Shown here one piece after another: positions 40,876-49,219 of a DNA stretch of 64,000 nt; the first letter of the stretch is position 1, and the number at the start of each line of letters is the position of its first letter. The notes below the pieces were generated by a model. The model was not told where the DNA came from. It made no database searches and worked only from the letters and a program-made list of their open reading frames with translations. The translations under genes and the position numbers were made by a program. This stretch comes from an uncultured Gammaproteobacteria bacterium (GTDB lineage Bacteria; Pseudomonadota; Gammaproteobacteria; Magnimaribacterales; D2472), in NCBI GenBank assembly GCA_964343355.1, contig CAYFJC010000001.1, forward strand, positions 111 through 64,110, written 5' to 3'.

Positions 40876-41390
40876 TAGAGCAATGATACCTTAGATGAAC
40901 TTCTAGATGTTAATGCGGCTAAAGGCTTTTGAGGATCAAGTCTTGAATAGAGTCTCTTTGATATTTCAGTAAAGTAATCTGGTCTAAATTTACCCATTCC
41001 ACCTATTGAGAAATATAGATCCTTAGTAAAATAAATTCCTTGCTCAATTGATGGAGTTGTTTTTATAAATGTATTTAATTTTTTAAGATTAGATGATACT
41101 TTATCTTCAGTTTGAGCTAGGTTAAACCAACCCCAAACAGGATAATTAATCATAGCCATTTTTTTCAATGACATTCTATTATTTTTTTTTGGTGAGGAAC
41201 TTGGAGGTAGCAATACGATTATTGATCCAAGGCTATCAGCAATAACGTTATCTAGTGTTTCTACCAATGATGCATAGTCCTTAAACCTTAAAAAGATGCA
41301 TTCCTCATCTTTGTCGACCTTAAACTTTTTGAGCTTGGCAAGTCTCGAATGAGAGCCAAGAACTATATAAGTTACTAATTCTTGGCTCAA
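40875..41390 (-). CDS. Hypothetical protein, possibly a degenerate GT-A (GT2-like) fold
   Basis: 171 aa. Its stop overlaps the ccmA start by 1 nt (TAATG), and it starts 4 nt after the metY stop. It weakly resembles the C-terminal half of small family-2 glycosyltransferases (IYFTKDLYFSIGGMGKF...TEISKRL vs F.r..f..lGGF...ED.el..RL). The acidic motif positions are not conserved. Confidence 0.3.
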   Translation of the reverse strand: MSQELVTYIVLGSHSRLAKLKKFKVDKDEECIFLRFKDYASLVETLDNVIADSLGSIIVLLPPSSSPKKNNRMSLKKMAMINYPVWGWFNLAQTEDKVSSNLKKLNTFIKTTPSIEQGIYFTKDLYFSIGGMGKFRPDYFTEISKRLYSRLDPQKPLAALTSRSSSKVSLL

Positions 41391-41394
41391 GATT

Positions 41395-42687
41395 TTAGAT
41401 CTTAGCTAAAGCTTGCTCATAGTCAGCAATAATGTCATCAATGTGTTCTAAACCAATGGATAATCTAACAAAGCCAGGCGTAATACCTGCTGATAAAAGC
41501 TCTTCTTCATTAAGCTGGCTGTGCGTAGTACTTCCAGGATGGATTGCTAGACTTCTTGCATCTCCGATGTTTGCAACGTGATAAACCATCTCTAATGCAT
41601 TAATAAATTTCTTTCCAGCTTCTATTCCACCTTTTATTTCAAAGCCCATTAAACCGCCATTACCGCGAGTTAAATATTTTTCCGCTCTTTCTTTTGAATA
41701 ACCATCCATTACAGAGGGATAAATAACTCTTTCAACAGATTCATGATTAGATAAGTATTGAGCTACCTTCTCTGCATTACTTGAATGCTCGCGCATTCTT
41801 AAGGCTAGAGTTTCTAAACCCTGAATAAACATAAAAGCATTAAACGGACTCATTGCTGCACCCATATCTCTTAAAATAGTTGTTCTTGCTTTAAGAATAT
41901 ATGCAATAGGACCTAAAGGCTTTACAGCCTCTGACCATATCGCTCCTCCATAAGAAGGATCAGGTGTATTCATAGCAGGCTGTCTCTCAGGAAAAGCTTC
42001 CCAATCAAAATTACCACTATCTACAATAATTCCACCGATAGAAGTTCCATGACCTCCAATAAACTTAGTAGTTGAGTGAATTAAAATAGCAGCGCCATGC
42101 TCAAAGGGCTTACAGATAACTGGTGCAGCTGTATTATCAACAATTAATGGAATTCCTAGCGGTCTTCCTATTTCAGCAACTTCTGATATAGGAAATACCT
42201 CAAAACTTGGATTAGGTAAAACTTCACCATAGTATGCTCTAGTTTTATCATCAGTAGCATTAGCAAAATTTTGAGGATCAGCAGGATCTACAAAACGCAC
42301 ATCAATACCCATATCAGACATTACATTTTTAAATTGATTATAAGTACCACCATACAAATGTGATGATGCAACAATATTATCGCCATTTTTTGCAAGATTC
42401 TGAATTGCATATGCTGATGCAGCTTGACCCGAAGCAACAGCCAAAGCACCAACTCCACCTTCAAGAGCAGCAATTCTATCTTCTAGAACTGCACATGTAG
42501 GATTCATAATTCTTGAATAAATATTGCCTAACTCTGATAAAGAGAAAAGATTTGCAGCATGATCGCAATCATCAAACTGAAAACTACTAGTTTGATGGAT
42601 TGGAACTGCTACTGAATTAGTATTTTCATCTTTTCTCCAGCCTGCATGAAGTCCGATCGTTTCTGGGTGTATGTATGTTTTACTCAT
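41395..42687 (-). CDS. metY: O-acetylhomoserine aminocarboxypropyltransferase (sulfhydrylase)
   Basis: 430 aa PLP enzyme of the Cys/Met metabolism family. The N-terminus reads HPETIGLHAG...VPIHQTSSFQF...GNIYSRIMNPT, and the PLP-lysine region reads HSTTKFIGGHG. Confidence 0.9.
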   Translation of the reverse strand: MSKTYIHPETIGLHAGWRKDENTNSVAVPIHQTSSFQFDDCDHAANLFSLSELGNIYSRIMNPTCAVLEDRIAALEGGVGALAVASGQAASAYAIQNLAKNGDNIVASSHLYGGTYNQFKNVMSDMGIDVRFVDPADPQNFANATDDKTRAYYGEVLPNPSFEVFPISEVAEIGRPLGIPLIVDNTAAPVICKPFEHGAAILIHSTTKFIGGHGTSIGGIIVDSGNFDWEAFPERQPAMNTPDPSYGGAIWSEAVKPLGPIAYILKARTTILRDMGAAMSPFNAFMFIQGLETLALRMREHSSNAEKVAQYLSNHESVERVIYPSVMDGYSKERAEKYLTRGNGGLMGFEIKGGIEAGKKFINALEMVYHVANIGDARSLAIHPGSTTHSQLNEEELLSAGITPGFVRLSIGLEHIDDIIADYEQALAKI

Positions 42688-42710
42688 TGTTTATCTCCTA
42701 AATAATAAAT

Positions 42711-42758
42711 TTATTAAAGATGCAGCTTGCTAAAACATTTATTAGCAAGATTTAATAA
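42711..42758 (-). promoter_or_regulatory. Structured element in the metY 5' leader (extended hairpin followed by a U-rich tract)
   Basis: The sense strand reads TTATTAAA-T-CTTGCTAA-TAAATGT-TTAGCAAG-CTGCATC-TTTAATAA, then ATTTATTATTT, then AGGAG-N7-ATG. The inner 8-bp stem and the outer 8-bp AT stem are both exact complements. Confidence 0.35.
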
Positions 42759-42891
42759 TCTGCACGCTAAAATTTGTGATGTCCAATTATATACAATTTT
42801 AAAACATTAAAATAATTTTTATTAGAACTAACAATAGCAACTTAATTTCAAATCTTTATAATGATCAAGTTAATTAATATTTAAAAATAAA

Positions 42892-43299
42892 ATGGCTAAA
42901 AAATATGTAAATTTCCGTGTCGGCGGAACACCCCAAAAAGAGACAGAAGACTATACTGTATGGACTAATGATCTTTTAAAAAGAATTATTGCAAGTAAGA
43001 CGGTTATCCAGCCTGCAAAATCGACTACTGGGCATAAATTAATAAACTCTGATGTTGCTTATGTCATAACAAATGGCAGAGGAACAATGGAAATAGTTGA
43101 ATACATGAATGATGAAGACGGTCATGGATCCAATCCATCTTTTGGTGTTCAGCATAAAGATTCTTATGCTTTATCTAATGGAGATGTCATTCTAGTTGAG
43201 TCTGGAGACTATTGCAGAATCATTAACGATTCTGACCATGATCAATTAACTTATATAAGAATATTTGATAGAGAGGGTTGGAGACAAGACGAGTCTTAA
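42892..43299 (+). CDS. Cupin-like small protein, hypothetical
   Basis: 135 aa, beta-rich. The TTGHKLINSDVAYVITNGRG and GDVILVESGDYCRIIN patterns resemble cupin motifs 1 and 2. Metal ligands are incomplete. Confidence 0.4.
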   Translation: MAKKYVNFRVGGTPQKETEDYTVWTNDLLKRIIASKTVIQPAKSTTGHKLINSDVAYVITNGRGTMEIVEYMNDEDGHGSNPSFGVQHKDSYALSNGDVILVESGDYCRIINDSDHDQLTYIRIFDREGWRQDES

Positions 43300-43322
43300 A
43301 TTTCTAAATATAATTTAATACA

Positions 43323-43670
43323 GTGAAAGATAAACTAGGGATTTTCTTTTCAGGACTTTGTGTAGTTCATTGTATTGCAGTGACCTTAATACTTATCCTT
43401 GGAGGAGCTGATTACTTTAATTTTTTAGTTTCTACTGAGTATCTTATTCACCCTCTTCTTCTAATTATCGTAGTTCTAATTGGAATGTTTAGTTTTCCTA
43501 GTGCTTATAAAAATCATGGAAATAAATATCCTATTATTCTTGGAGTATGTGGATCTTTTGTTTTATTTATAGCTTTATTTTCTCCAGATATTTTTGAAAC
43601 ACTTTTTACAATTATAGGTGGTGTAGCTTTGATTTATGCTCACCTCTGGAACTACAAATTATCTCATTAG
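43323..43670 (+). CDS. MerC-domain-like 4-TM membrane protein
   Basis: 115 aa with a GTG start. The N-terminal helix has GLCVVHC (a Cys-x2-His-Cys pattern in the first TM, as in MerC-domain proteins). It has four hydrophobic segments. Confidence 0.45.
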   Translation: MKDKLGIFFSGLCVVHCIAVTLILILGGADYFNFLVSTEYLIHPLLLIIVVLIGMFSFPSAYKNHGNKYPIILGVCGSFVLFIALFSPDIFETLFTIIGGVALIYAHLWNYKLSH

Positions 43671-43710
43671 TGATCAATAAGTTGAGAGCTTAAATTTTAG
43701 CTTTAGTAAT

Positions 43711-44703
43711 TTAGAAATTAATCTTGGCAACTAGTGGGATATGATCAGAGACTCCCTCTAACGTATCTACATCAAAACCTACTGGCTTAATGTTGTCTTT
43801 ATCCATGTTAATAGATGTTGTATGAAGCTTAATACTTTCAGGTATAAATGAAATATTTCTTCCCTTAGAAACAAGGATTGCATCTAGAAATGACCAGTCA
43901 TTATTAGGAGCATAATAGTAGGTACCTTTGCAGCTATTGCATCCAACATGATGCGAGATTTCCCAGAATATTTCTTGATTATAAAAAGTATTTCTACTTT
44001 TTGCCTCTGTTCTTATGACGTTGAAATCTCCAAGAGCAACTGAGGGCTCTTTGTTATCTATAAGTAATTGATTTAAAGCAATAAATGCTGATTCACGCAT
44101 TTGAAAATTAAGATATGGAGCGGGAAAATGAACCCCGTAAAATCTTATATTTGTACCATTTATATCTATTAATACATCTAAAATAGGTCTTGAATCTTTA
44201 TTGCTAAATTCGCCGCTAAACTTAATATAATGAAGGCTAGAATCTTTGATTGGAAATTTTGATATAACAGCGTTATCAATACCCCTGTAATCATTACCTT
44301 CCAATAATTTATAGTCAGAATAACCGTAAGGTTCTAATAAATTAAACAACTGCTGGAGAACATTATTATTCTCTATTTCCTGGAACACTATTACATCTGG
44401 ACCAGAGTTTTCATATGCAATTATTAAGTTTAATATATTATTTAATTTGGCATCTTTAACTTTCTCATTCCAGTCTAAATATAAACATTCATCCTTCCAT
44501 ACCTGCACTCTAATTCTTTTACAAGATTGCTTATGTTTGTTTAATTGTTTTTTTGATAACGGCAAAAAAGCTTTATCATCTTTTTTAAAGTCATCCTGGG
44601 TATCAAAAAGATTCTCAACATTAAAGGACATGACGCTAAAAGAATCAGCTTGAAGATTTTCAATTGAAAAAATAAGAAGGGTTAAGTATATATATTTGTG
44701 CAT
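43711..44703 (-). CDS. Secreted endonuclease/exonuclease/phosphatase (EEP)-family protein
   Basis: 330 aa with a signal peptide. EEP motifs are SFNVENLFD, VFQEIEN, LGDFN and the C-terminal SDHIPLVAKI. Confidence 0.8.
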   Translation of the reverse strand: MHKYIYLTLLIFSIENLQADSFSVMSFNVENLFDTQDDFKKDDKAFLPLSKKQLNKHKQSCKRIRVQVWKDECLYLDWNEKVKDAKLNNILNLIIAYENSGPDVIVFQEIENNNVLQQLFNLLEPYGYSDYKLLEGNDYRGIDNAVISKFPIKDSSLHYIKFSGEFSNKDSRPILDVLIDINGTNIRFYGVHFPAPYLNFQMRESAFIALNQLLIDNKEPSVALGDFNVIRTEAKSRNTFYNQEIFWEISHHVGCNSCKGTYYYAPNNDWSFLDAILVSKGRNISFIPESIKLHTTSINMDKDNIKPVGFDVDTLEGVSDHIPLVAKINF

Positions 44704-44709
44704 GATGTT

Positions 44710-45960
44710 TTAATAGTTTAGTTTATAAAATTCTAGATCTGTCATCATTTCACAAAATCTTGTAGTAAATTTTACTGCTTCTACGCCATTAATAACTCTA
44801 TGATCATATGAAAGGGAGATAGGAAGTATACTAACTTCCTTCACGTCACCATTAATTATTTCTAGAGCTTTAAATGTTTTTGAAATACCCAGTATTCCAA
44901 CTTCGGGAGGATTGATAATCGGAGTGAAGAACTTTCCTCCAATAGCTCCCAAAGAGGATATTGAAAAAGTTGAACCCTTTAATTCATCAACTTTGAGTTT
45001 CCGATCCTTTGCAGCATTAGCCATTCGACCAATTTCTTCTGAAATTTCTATTATAGAAAGCTTATTAGCTCCTTTTATATTAGGAACAATGAGCCCTTTG
45101 GGTGTATCAATTGCTATACCTACATTGATATAGTCCTTAAAGACAATATTTTCAGTATTTTCATCCAAAGAGGAGTTCATTAGAGGGAATTCTTCTAGAA
45201 GACTTGCTGCAGCTTTAACAAAAAAAGCTAGGGGTGATATTTTAAGACCAGATGCTTTATTTAAATCTGTTCTAAGTGACATCAATTCATCAATATTAGC
45301 TTCATCATGCTGAGTTACATGAGGAATATTTCGCCAAGACTGTTGAAGGTTTTCAGCTGAAGTTTTCTGAAACTTAGTAAGGGGCTCCGTCTTAATTTCA
45401 CCCCATTTTGAAAAATCGACACTTGGATTTTTAGAAAAAGTTTGAGCCTTTGGATCTAGTCGTTGTTTTACGAAGTGGTGAAGGTCCTCTTTTAAAATTC
45501 TCCCTCTAGGACCTGAGGGCGCTACTTCATTTAGATTGATTCCAAATTCTCTTGCTAATTTTCTTACTGCAGGACCAGCGTAAATACTACCAGTATAATT
45601 AATAGTAGCACTAGCCTCACTAGGCTTGTTTACAATAGCTTGTTCTTCAATTAGTGGTGAAACTTTTTCAACTTTTTTTTCAATTAAGGTTTCCTCTTTA
45701 GCAACTTCCTCAACAACAGCTTTTTCAGCCTCAATCTCAAGAAAAATTACTCCTTCATTTACCGTATCGCCATTGCTAACTTTTATGTCGATAACTTTTC
45801 CAGATACAGATGCAGGAATTTCCATGGCTGCTTTTTCGGACTCTAAAACAATAATAGAGTCATCTTTAGTTACCATATCTCCTGGTTTTACACATATCTC
45901 TATAACTTCTACATCTAAAGCATCTCCCAGATCTGGAATTTTTATCTTCTCAATAGTCAT
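44710..45960 (-). CDS. aceF: Pyruvate dehydrogenase E2 (dihydrolipoyllysine-residue acetyltransferase), single lipoyl domain
   Basis: 416 aa. It has lipoyl site LESEKAAMEIPA, an E3/E1-binding domain (AGPAVRKLAREFGINL) and a catalytic domain with SLSYDHRVINGVEA. Confidence 0.9.
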   Translation of the reverse strand: MTIEKIKIPDLGDALDVEVIEICVKPGDMVTKDDSIIVLESEKAAMEIPASVSGKVIDIKVSNGDTVNEGVIFLEIEAEKAVVEEVAKEETLIEKKVEKVSPLIEEQAIVNKPSEASATINYTGSIYAGPAVRKLAREFGINLNEVAPSGPRGRILKEDLHHFVKQRLDPKAQTFSKNPSVDFSKWGEIKTEPLTKFQKTSAENLQQSWRNIPHVTQHDEANIDELMSLRTDLNKASGLKISPLAFFVKAAASLLEEFPLMNSSLDENTENIVFKDYINVGIAIDTPKGLIVPNIKGANKLSIIEISEEIGRMANAAKDRKLKVDELKGSTFSISSLGAIGGKFFTPIINPPEVGILGISKTFKALEIINGDVKEVSILPISLSYDHRVINGVEAVKFTTRFCEMMTDLEFYKLNY

Positions 45961-48603
45961 CTAAACTTCCCATGGATTTGGTTTAGCTGGATCAACTTTT
46001 ATATCTTTATAAATATCATCAAGTAATTCTTTGGAAATCTTGGATTCATTAAACAAGGTAAATGCTGTTAGCCTAACAATATGATTAGTATTGATTTCAA
46101 AAAATTCTCTAAGCTCTTCCCTTGAATCACTTCTACCAAAACCATCAGTTCCAAGAACTGCGTATGATGAGTGTATATATGGTCTAATTTGATCAGCATA
46201 AACTCTCATATAATCAGTAGTCGCAATAACGGGAATGTCATGATCACCAAAGCATTTGTCTATATGAGTTTTTTGCTTTTCTTTATGAGGGTTTAATTGA
46301 TTATATCTTTCTGCCTCCATTCCATCTTTTCTTAATAAATTAAAACTAGTTGCGCTCCATACCTCAGCATTAATTGAATATTTTTTTAGCGCTTCTTGAG
46401 CTGCTATAGATTCTTTAAGAATAGCTCCTGATCCAAGTAAACGAATTTGCGGCTTGCTACATGTGCTTACTTTATATAAACCCTTGATAACATCCTCTTC
46501 TATACCTTTAGGTTGCTCAGGTTGTTCATAATTCTCGTTAGTAACTGTAATGTAGTAGTAATAATTTTTTTGTTGGACAAACATCTTGTCAATACCATCT
46601 TTAAAGATGATGGCTAGCTCATATGCATAAGCTGGATCATAAGATAAACAATTAGGAATAGTGGATGATAAAACATGGCTATGACCATCTTGATGCTGCA
46701 AGCCCTCTCCATTTAAAGTAGTTCTTCCTGATGTAGCACCAATAAGAAAACCTTTAGCTTGCGCATCACCAGCTGCCCAAGCTAGATCATGGATTCTCTG
46801 AAACCCAAACATTGAATAAAAAAGATAAATTGGAATCATAGGTAGATCATAATTTGAATAGGCGGTAGCTAAAGCGAGCCAAGCTGAAAATGAACCCGCT
46901 TCTGTAATTCCCTCTTCAAGCATTACGCCTTCTTTTGATTCCTTGTACCACATGACTTTATCTGCGTCTTCAGGCTCATATTTTTGCCCTTCTGAGGAAT
47001 AAATACCTATTTGTTTAAATAAACCTTCCATTCCAAAGGTTCGAGCCTCATCAGGCACTATTGGAACAATCCTTTCACCTATATTTGAATCTTTTAATAA
47101 GCTTGTCATAAGCCTTACAGTTGCCATGGTAGTAGAGACTTTTCTGTCACCCATACCCTTAATAAGAGGTTCGAAATGCTTTTCATCAGGCATCTTAAGT
47201 TTCTTTATCTTATTTCTTCGTCTTGGTATGAAACCACCAAGCTTTTCACGAGTTTTCTTCATATAAAGTATTTCAGGCGAATTCTCTGGTGGTCTAACGT
47301 AAGGTAATGATTCAATCTCATCATCATTAACTGGAATATCAAAGTTATCTCTAAACGCCTTTATATTTTCTAAAGAAAGTTTTTTGACTTGATGGGTAGT
47401 ATTGTCAGCCTCTCTTGAGCCTATGCCGTAGCCTTTTGTAGTTAAAGCTAAAATAACTGTTGGTGCTCCTGAGGAATTAACAGCCTTATGATATGCAGCA
47501 TAAACTTTATAAGGATCATGCCCGCCTCTATTTAATTTATATATATCTTCGTCGGTAAGGTCATCTACCATTTCCAAAACGTCTGGATTTTTTCCAAAGA
47601 AATTTTCTCTTGTATAGGCGCCGCCTTTAGCTTTGTAGTTTTGTAATTCTCCATCAACTACATGGTCCATAATTTCTTGGAGCTTCCCTTCTTTATCTTT
47701 CGCAAATAATGCGTCCCATTTTCTACCCCATACAACCTTGATAACATTCCAACCAGAGCCTCTAAATTCTGTTTCTAATTCTTGAATAATTTTTCCATTT
47801 CCTCGCACGGGCCCATCTAGTCTTTGAAGATTACAATTAATTACAAAAATTAGATTTTCAAGCTTCTCTCTGCCAGCTAAACCTATTGAACCCTTTGATT
47901 CAGGCTCATCCATCTCGCCATCACCACAAAAAACCCAGACCTTTCTATCATTTCTAGGTACAAGACCTCTTGCTGATAAATATCTCATAATATGAGCTTG
48001 ATAGACACCCATAATAGGACCAAGCCCCATCGAGACTACGGGAAACTGCCAATAGTCTGGCATGAGCCAAGGGTGTGGATAAGAAGAAAGTCCTGGGCTA
48101 CCAGCTTCTCTTCTGAAATTATCTAAATCACGCTCACTAAAATAGCCTTCGAGAAAGCTCCTTGCATAAATTCCTGGAGAAGAGTGACCTTGATAGTAAA
48201 CCAGGTCCTCTAATTGATTTTCAGAGCCTCTAAAAAAATAATTAAAGCCCACATCATACAAAGTGGCAGAAGATGAAAAAGTAGCAATATGACCACCTAA
48301 CTCTTCATCACCCTTATTTGCTCTTAAGACTAACGCTAATGCATTCCATCTAATTAAAGACCTAATACGGCGTTCCATAAAAAGATCACCAGGCATAGCA
48401 GCTTCTTCGTTTGAGGGAATAGTATTTCTAAAAGGTGTTGTTAAGTTGTATGTAGGGACTTCGCCTGCTGCAGAAAGTTTCTTAGCAAGCTCTGTAAGAA
48501 GGTAAGAAGCTCTCTCTGGACCAGCATTTTTAATAACAGAATCAATTGCTTCAGTCCATTCCTGTGTTTCGATAGAGTCTATATCTTTATTATCTTTATT
48601 CAA
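45961..48603 (-). CDS. aceE: Pyruvate dehydrogenase E1 component (homodimeric type)
   Basis: 880 aa. The N-terminus DSIETQEWTEAIDSVI..GPERASYLL is typical of AceE. The ThDP motif GDGEMDEPES...NCNLQRLDG is present. It lies directly upstream of aceF. Confidence 0.95.
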   Translation of the reverse strand: MNKDNKDIDSIETQEWTEAIDSVIKNAGPERASYLLTELAKKLSAAGEVPTYNLTTPFRNTIPSNEEAAMPGDLFMERRIRSLIRWNALALVLRANKGDEELGGHIATFSSSATLYDVGFNYFFRGSENQLEDLVYYQGHSSPGIYARSFLEGYFSERDLDNFRREAGSPGLSSYPHPWLMPDYWQFPVVSMGLGPIMGVYQAHIMRYLSARGLVPRNDRKVWVFCGDGEMDEPESKGSIGLAGREKLENLIFVINCNLQRLDGPVRGNGKIIQELETEFRGSGWNVIKVVWGRKWDALFAKDKEGKLQEIMDHVVDGELQNYKAKGGAYTRENFFGKNPDVLEMVDDLTDEDIYKLNRGGHDPYKVYAAYHKAVNSSGAPTVILALTTKGYGIGSREADNTTHQVKKLSLENIKAFRDNFDIPVNDDEIESLPYVRPPENSPEILYMKKTREKLGGFIPRRRNKIKKLKMPDEKHFEPLIKGMGDRKVSTTMATVRLMTSLLKDSNIGERIVPIVPDEARTFGMEGLFKQIGIYSSEGQKYEPEDADKVMWYKESKEGVMLEEGITEAGSFSAWLALATAYSNYDLPMIPIYLFYSMFGFQRIHDLAWAAGDAQAKGFLIGATSGRTTLNGEGLQHQDGHSHVLSSTIPNCLSYDPAYAYELAIIFKDGIDKMFVQQKNYYYYITVTNENYEQPEQPKGIEEDVIKGLYKVSTCSKPQIRLLGSGAILKESIAAQEALKKYSINAEVWSATSFNLLRKDGMEAERYNQLNPHKEKQKTHIDKCFGDHDIPVIATTDYMRVYADQIRPYIHSSYAVLGTDGFGRSDSREELREFFEINTNHIVRLTAFTLFNESKISKELLDDIYKDIKVDPAKPNPWEV

Positions 48604-48686
48604 AAATACTCCTTTTTAAAATACAAAGTTATGGCAATTAATAACTCATTAATTATAATACTTTTAAAATTTAATATTAAAAAATT

Positions 48687-49175
48687 ATGTCAGATAATCT
48701 CAAAAATTCCTTTCCATATAATGCTGAGCCTATAGAAATAACTGAAGAGATGTGTGATCTAAATGGTCATATGAATGTTCTTTATTACAACAAGTTATTG
48801 GGTTTTGCTTTTGGAAATTTTTATTCAATTGATATGGGCTTTTCTGATGAGTATTTTGATTCAGGATTCTCATCTTTTACCTTAGAAGATAACTACAGAT
48901 ATGCAAAAGAGTGTTTATTAGGAGAGAAAATATTACCTAGATATAGACTGCATAATGTTAATAAGAAACTTATTCACATAGCTGGGGTTCTAATAAATGA
49001 GAGTGGTGATGTCTGTGCCTTATATGAAACTGTTCTTGGACATATTGATATGAAGTCTAGAAAAACTTCAGAGATGCAAAATGATTTTCTAAACAACTTA
49101 CTTTCAATCATGAAAGATAATACTAAGCATCCAATCAATATGGAGCTTAGACTTAAAATAAAAGATCTTGCATAA
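48687..49175 (+). CDS. Hotdog-fold thioesterase-like protein
   Basis: 162 aa. The N-terminal CDLNGHMNVLYYNKLL pattern (D..GH.n...Y) is typical of 4HBT-type acyl-CoA thioesterases. Confidence 0.55.
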   Translation: MSDNLKNSFPYNAEPIEITEEMCDLNGHMNVLYYNKLLGFAFGNFYSIDMGFSDEYFDSGFSSFTLEDNYRYAKECLLGEKILPRYRLHNVNKKLIHIAGVLINESGDVCALYETVLGHIDMKSRKTSEMQNDFLNNLLSIMKDNTKHPINMELRLKIKDLA

Positions 49176-49201
49176 AAAAGCCCGGCATAAGCCGGGCTTT
49201 T
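49175..49201. terminator. Bidirectional rho-independent terminator
   Basis: AAAAGCCCGGC-ATAA-GCCGGGCTTTT is a 7-bp GC-rich stem flanked by an A-run and a T-run. It lies between the convergent thioesterase and TonB-dependent receptor genes. Confidence 0.9.
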
Positions 49202-49219
49202 AATTTATCTAATTTAAAA

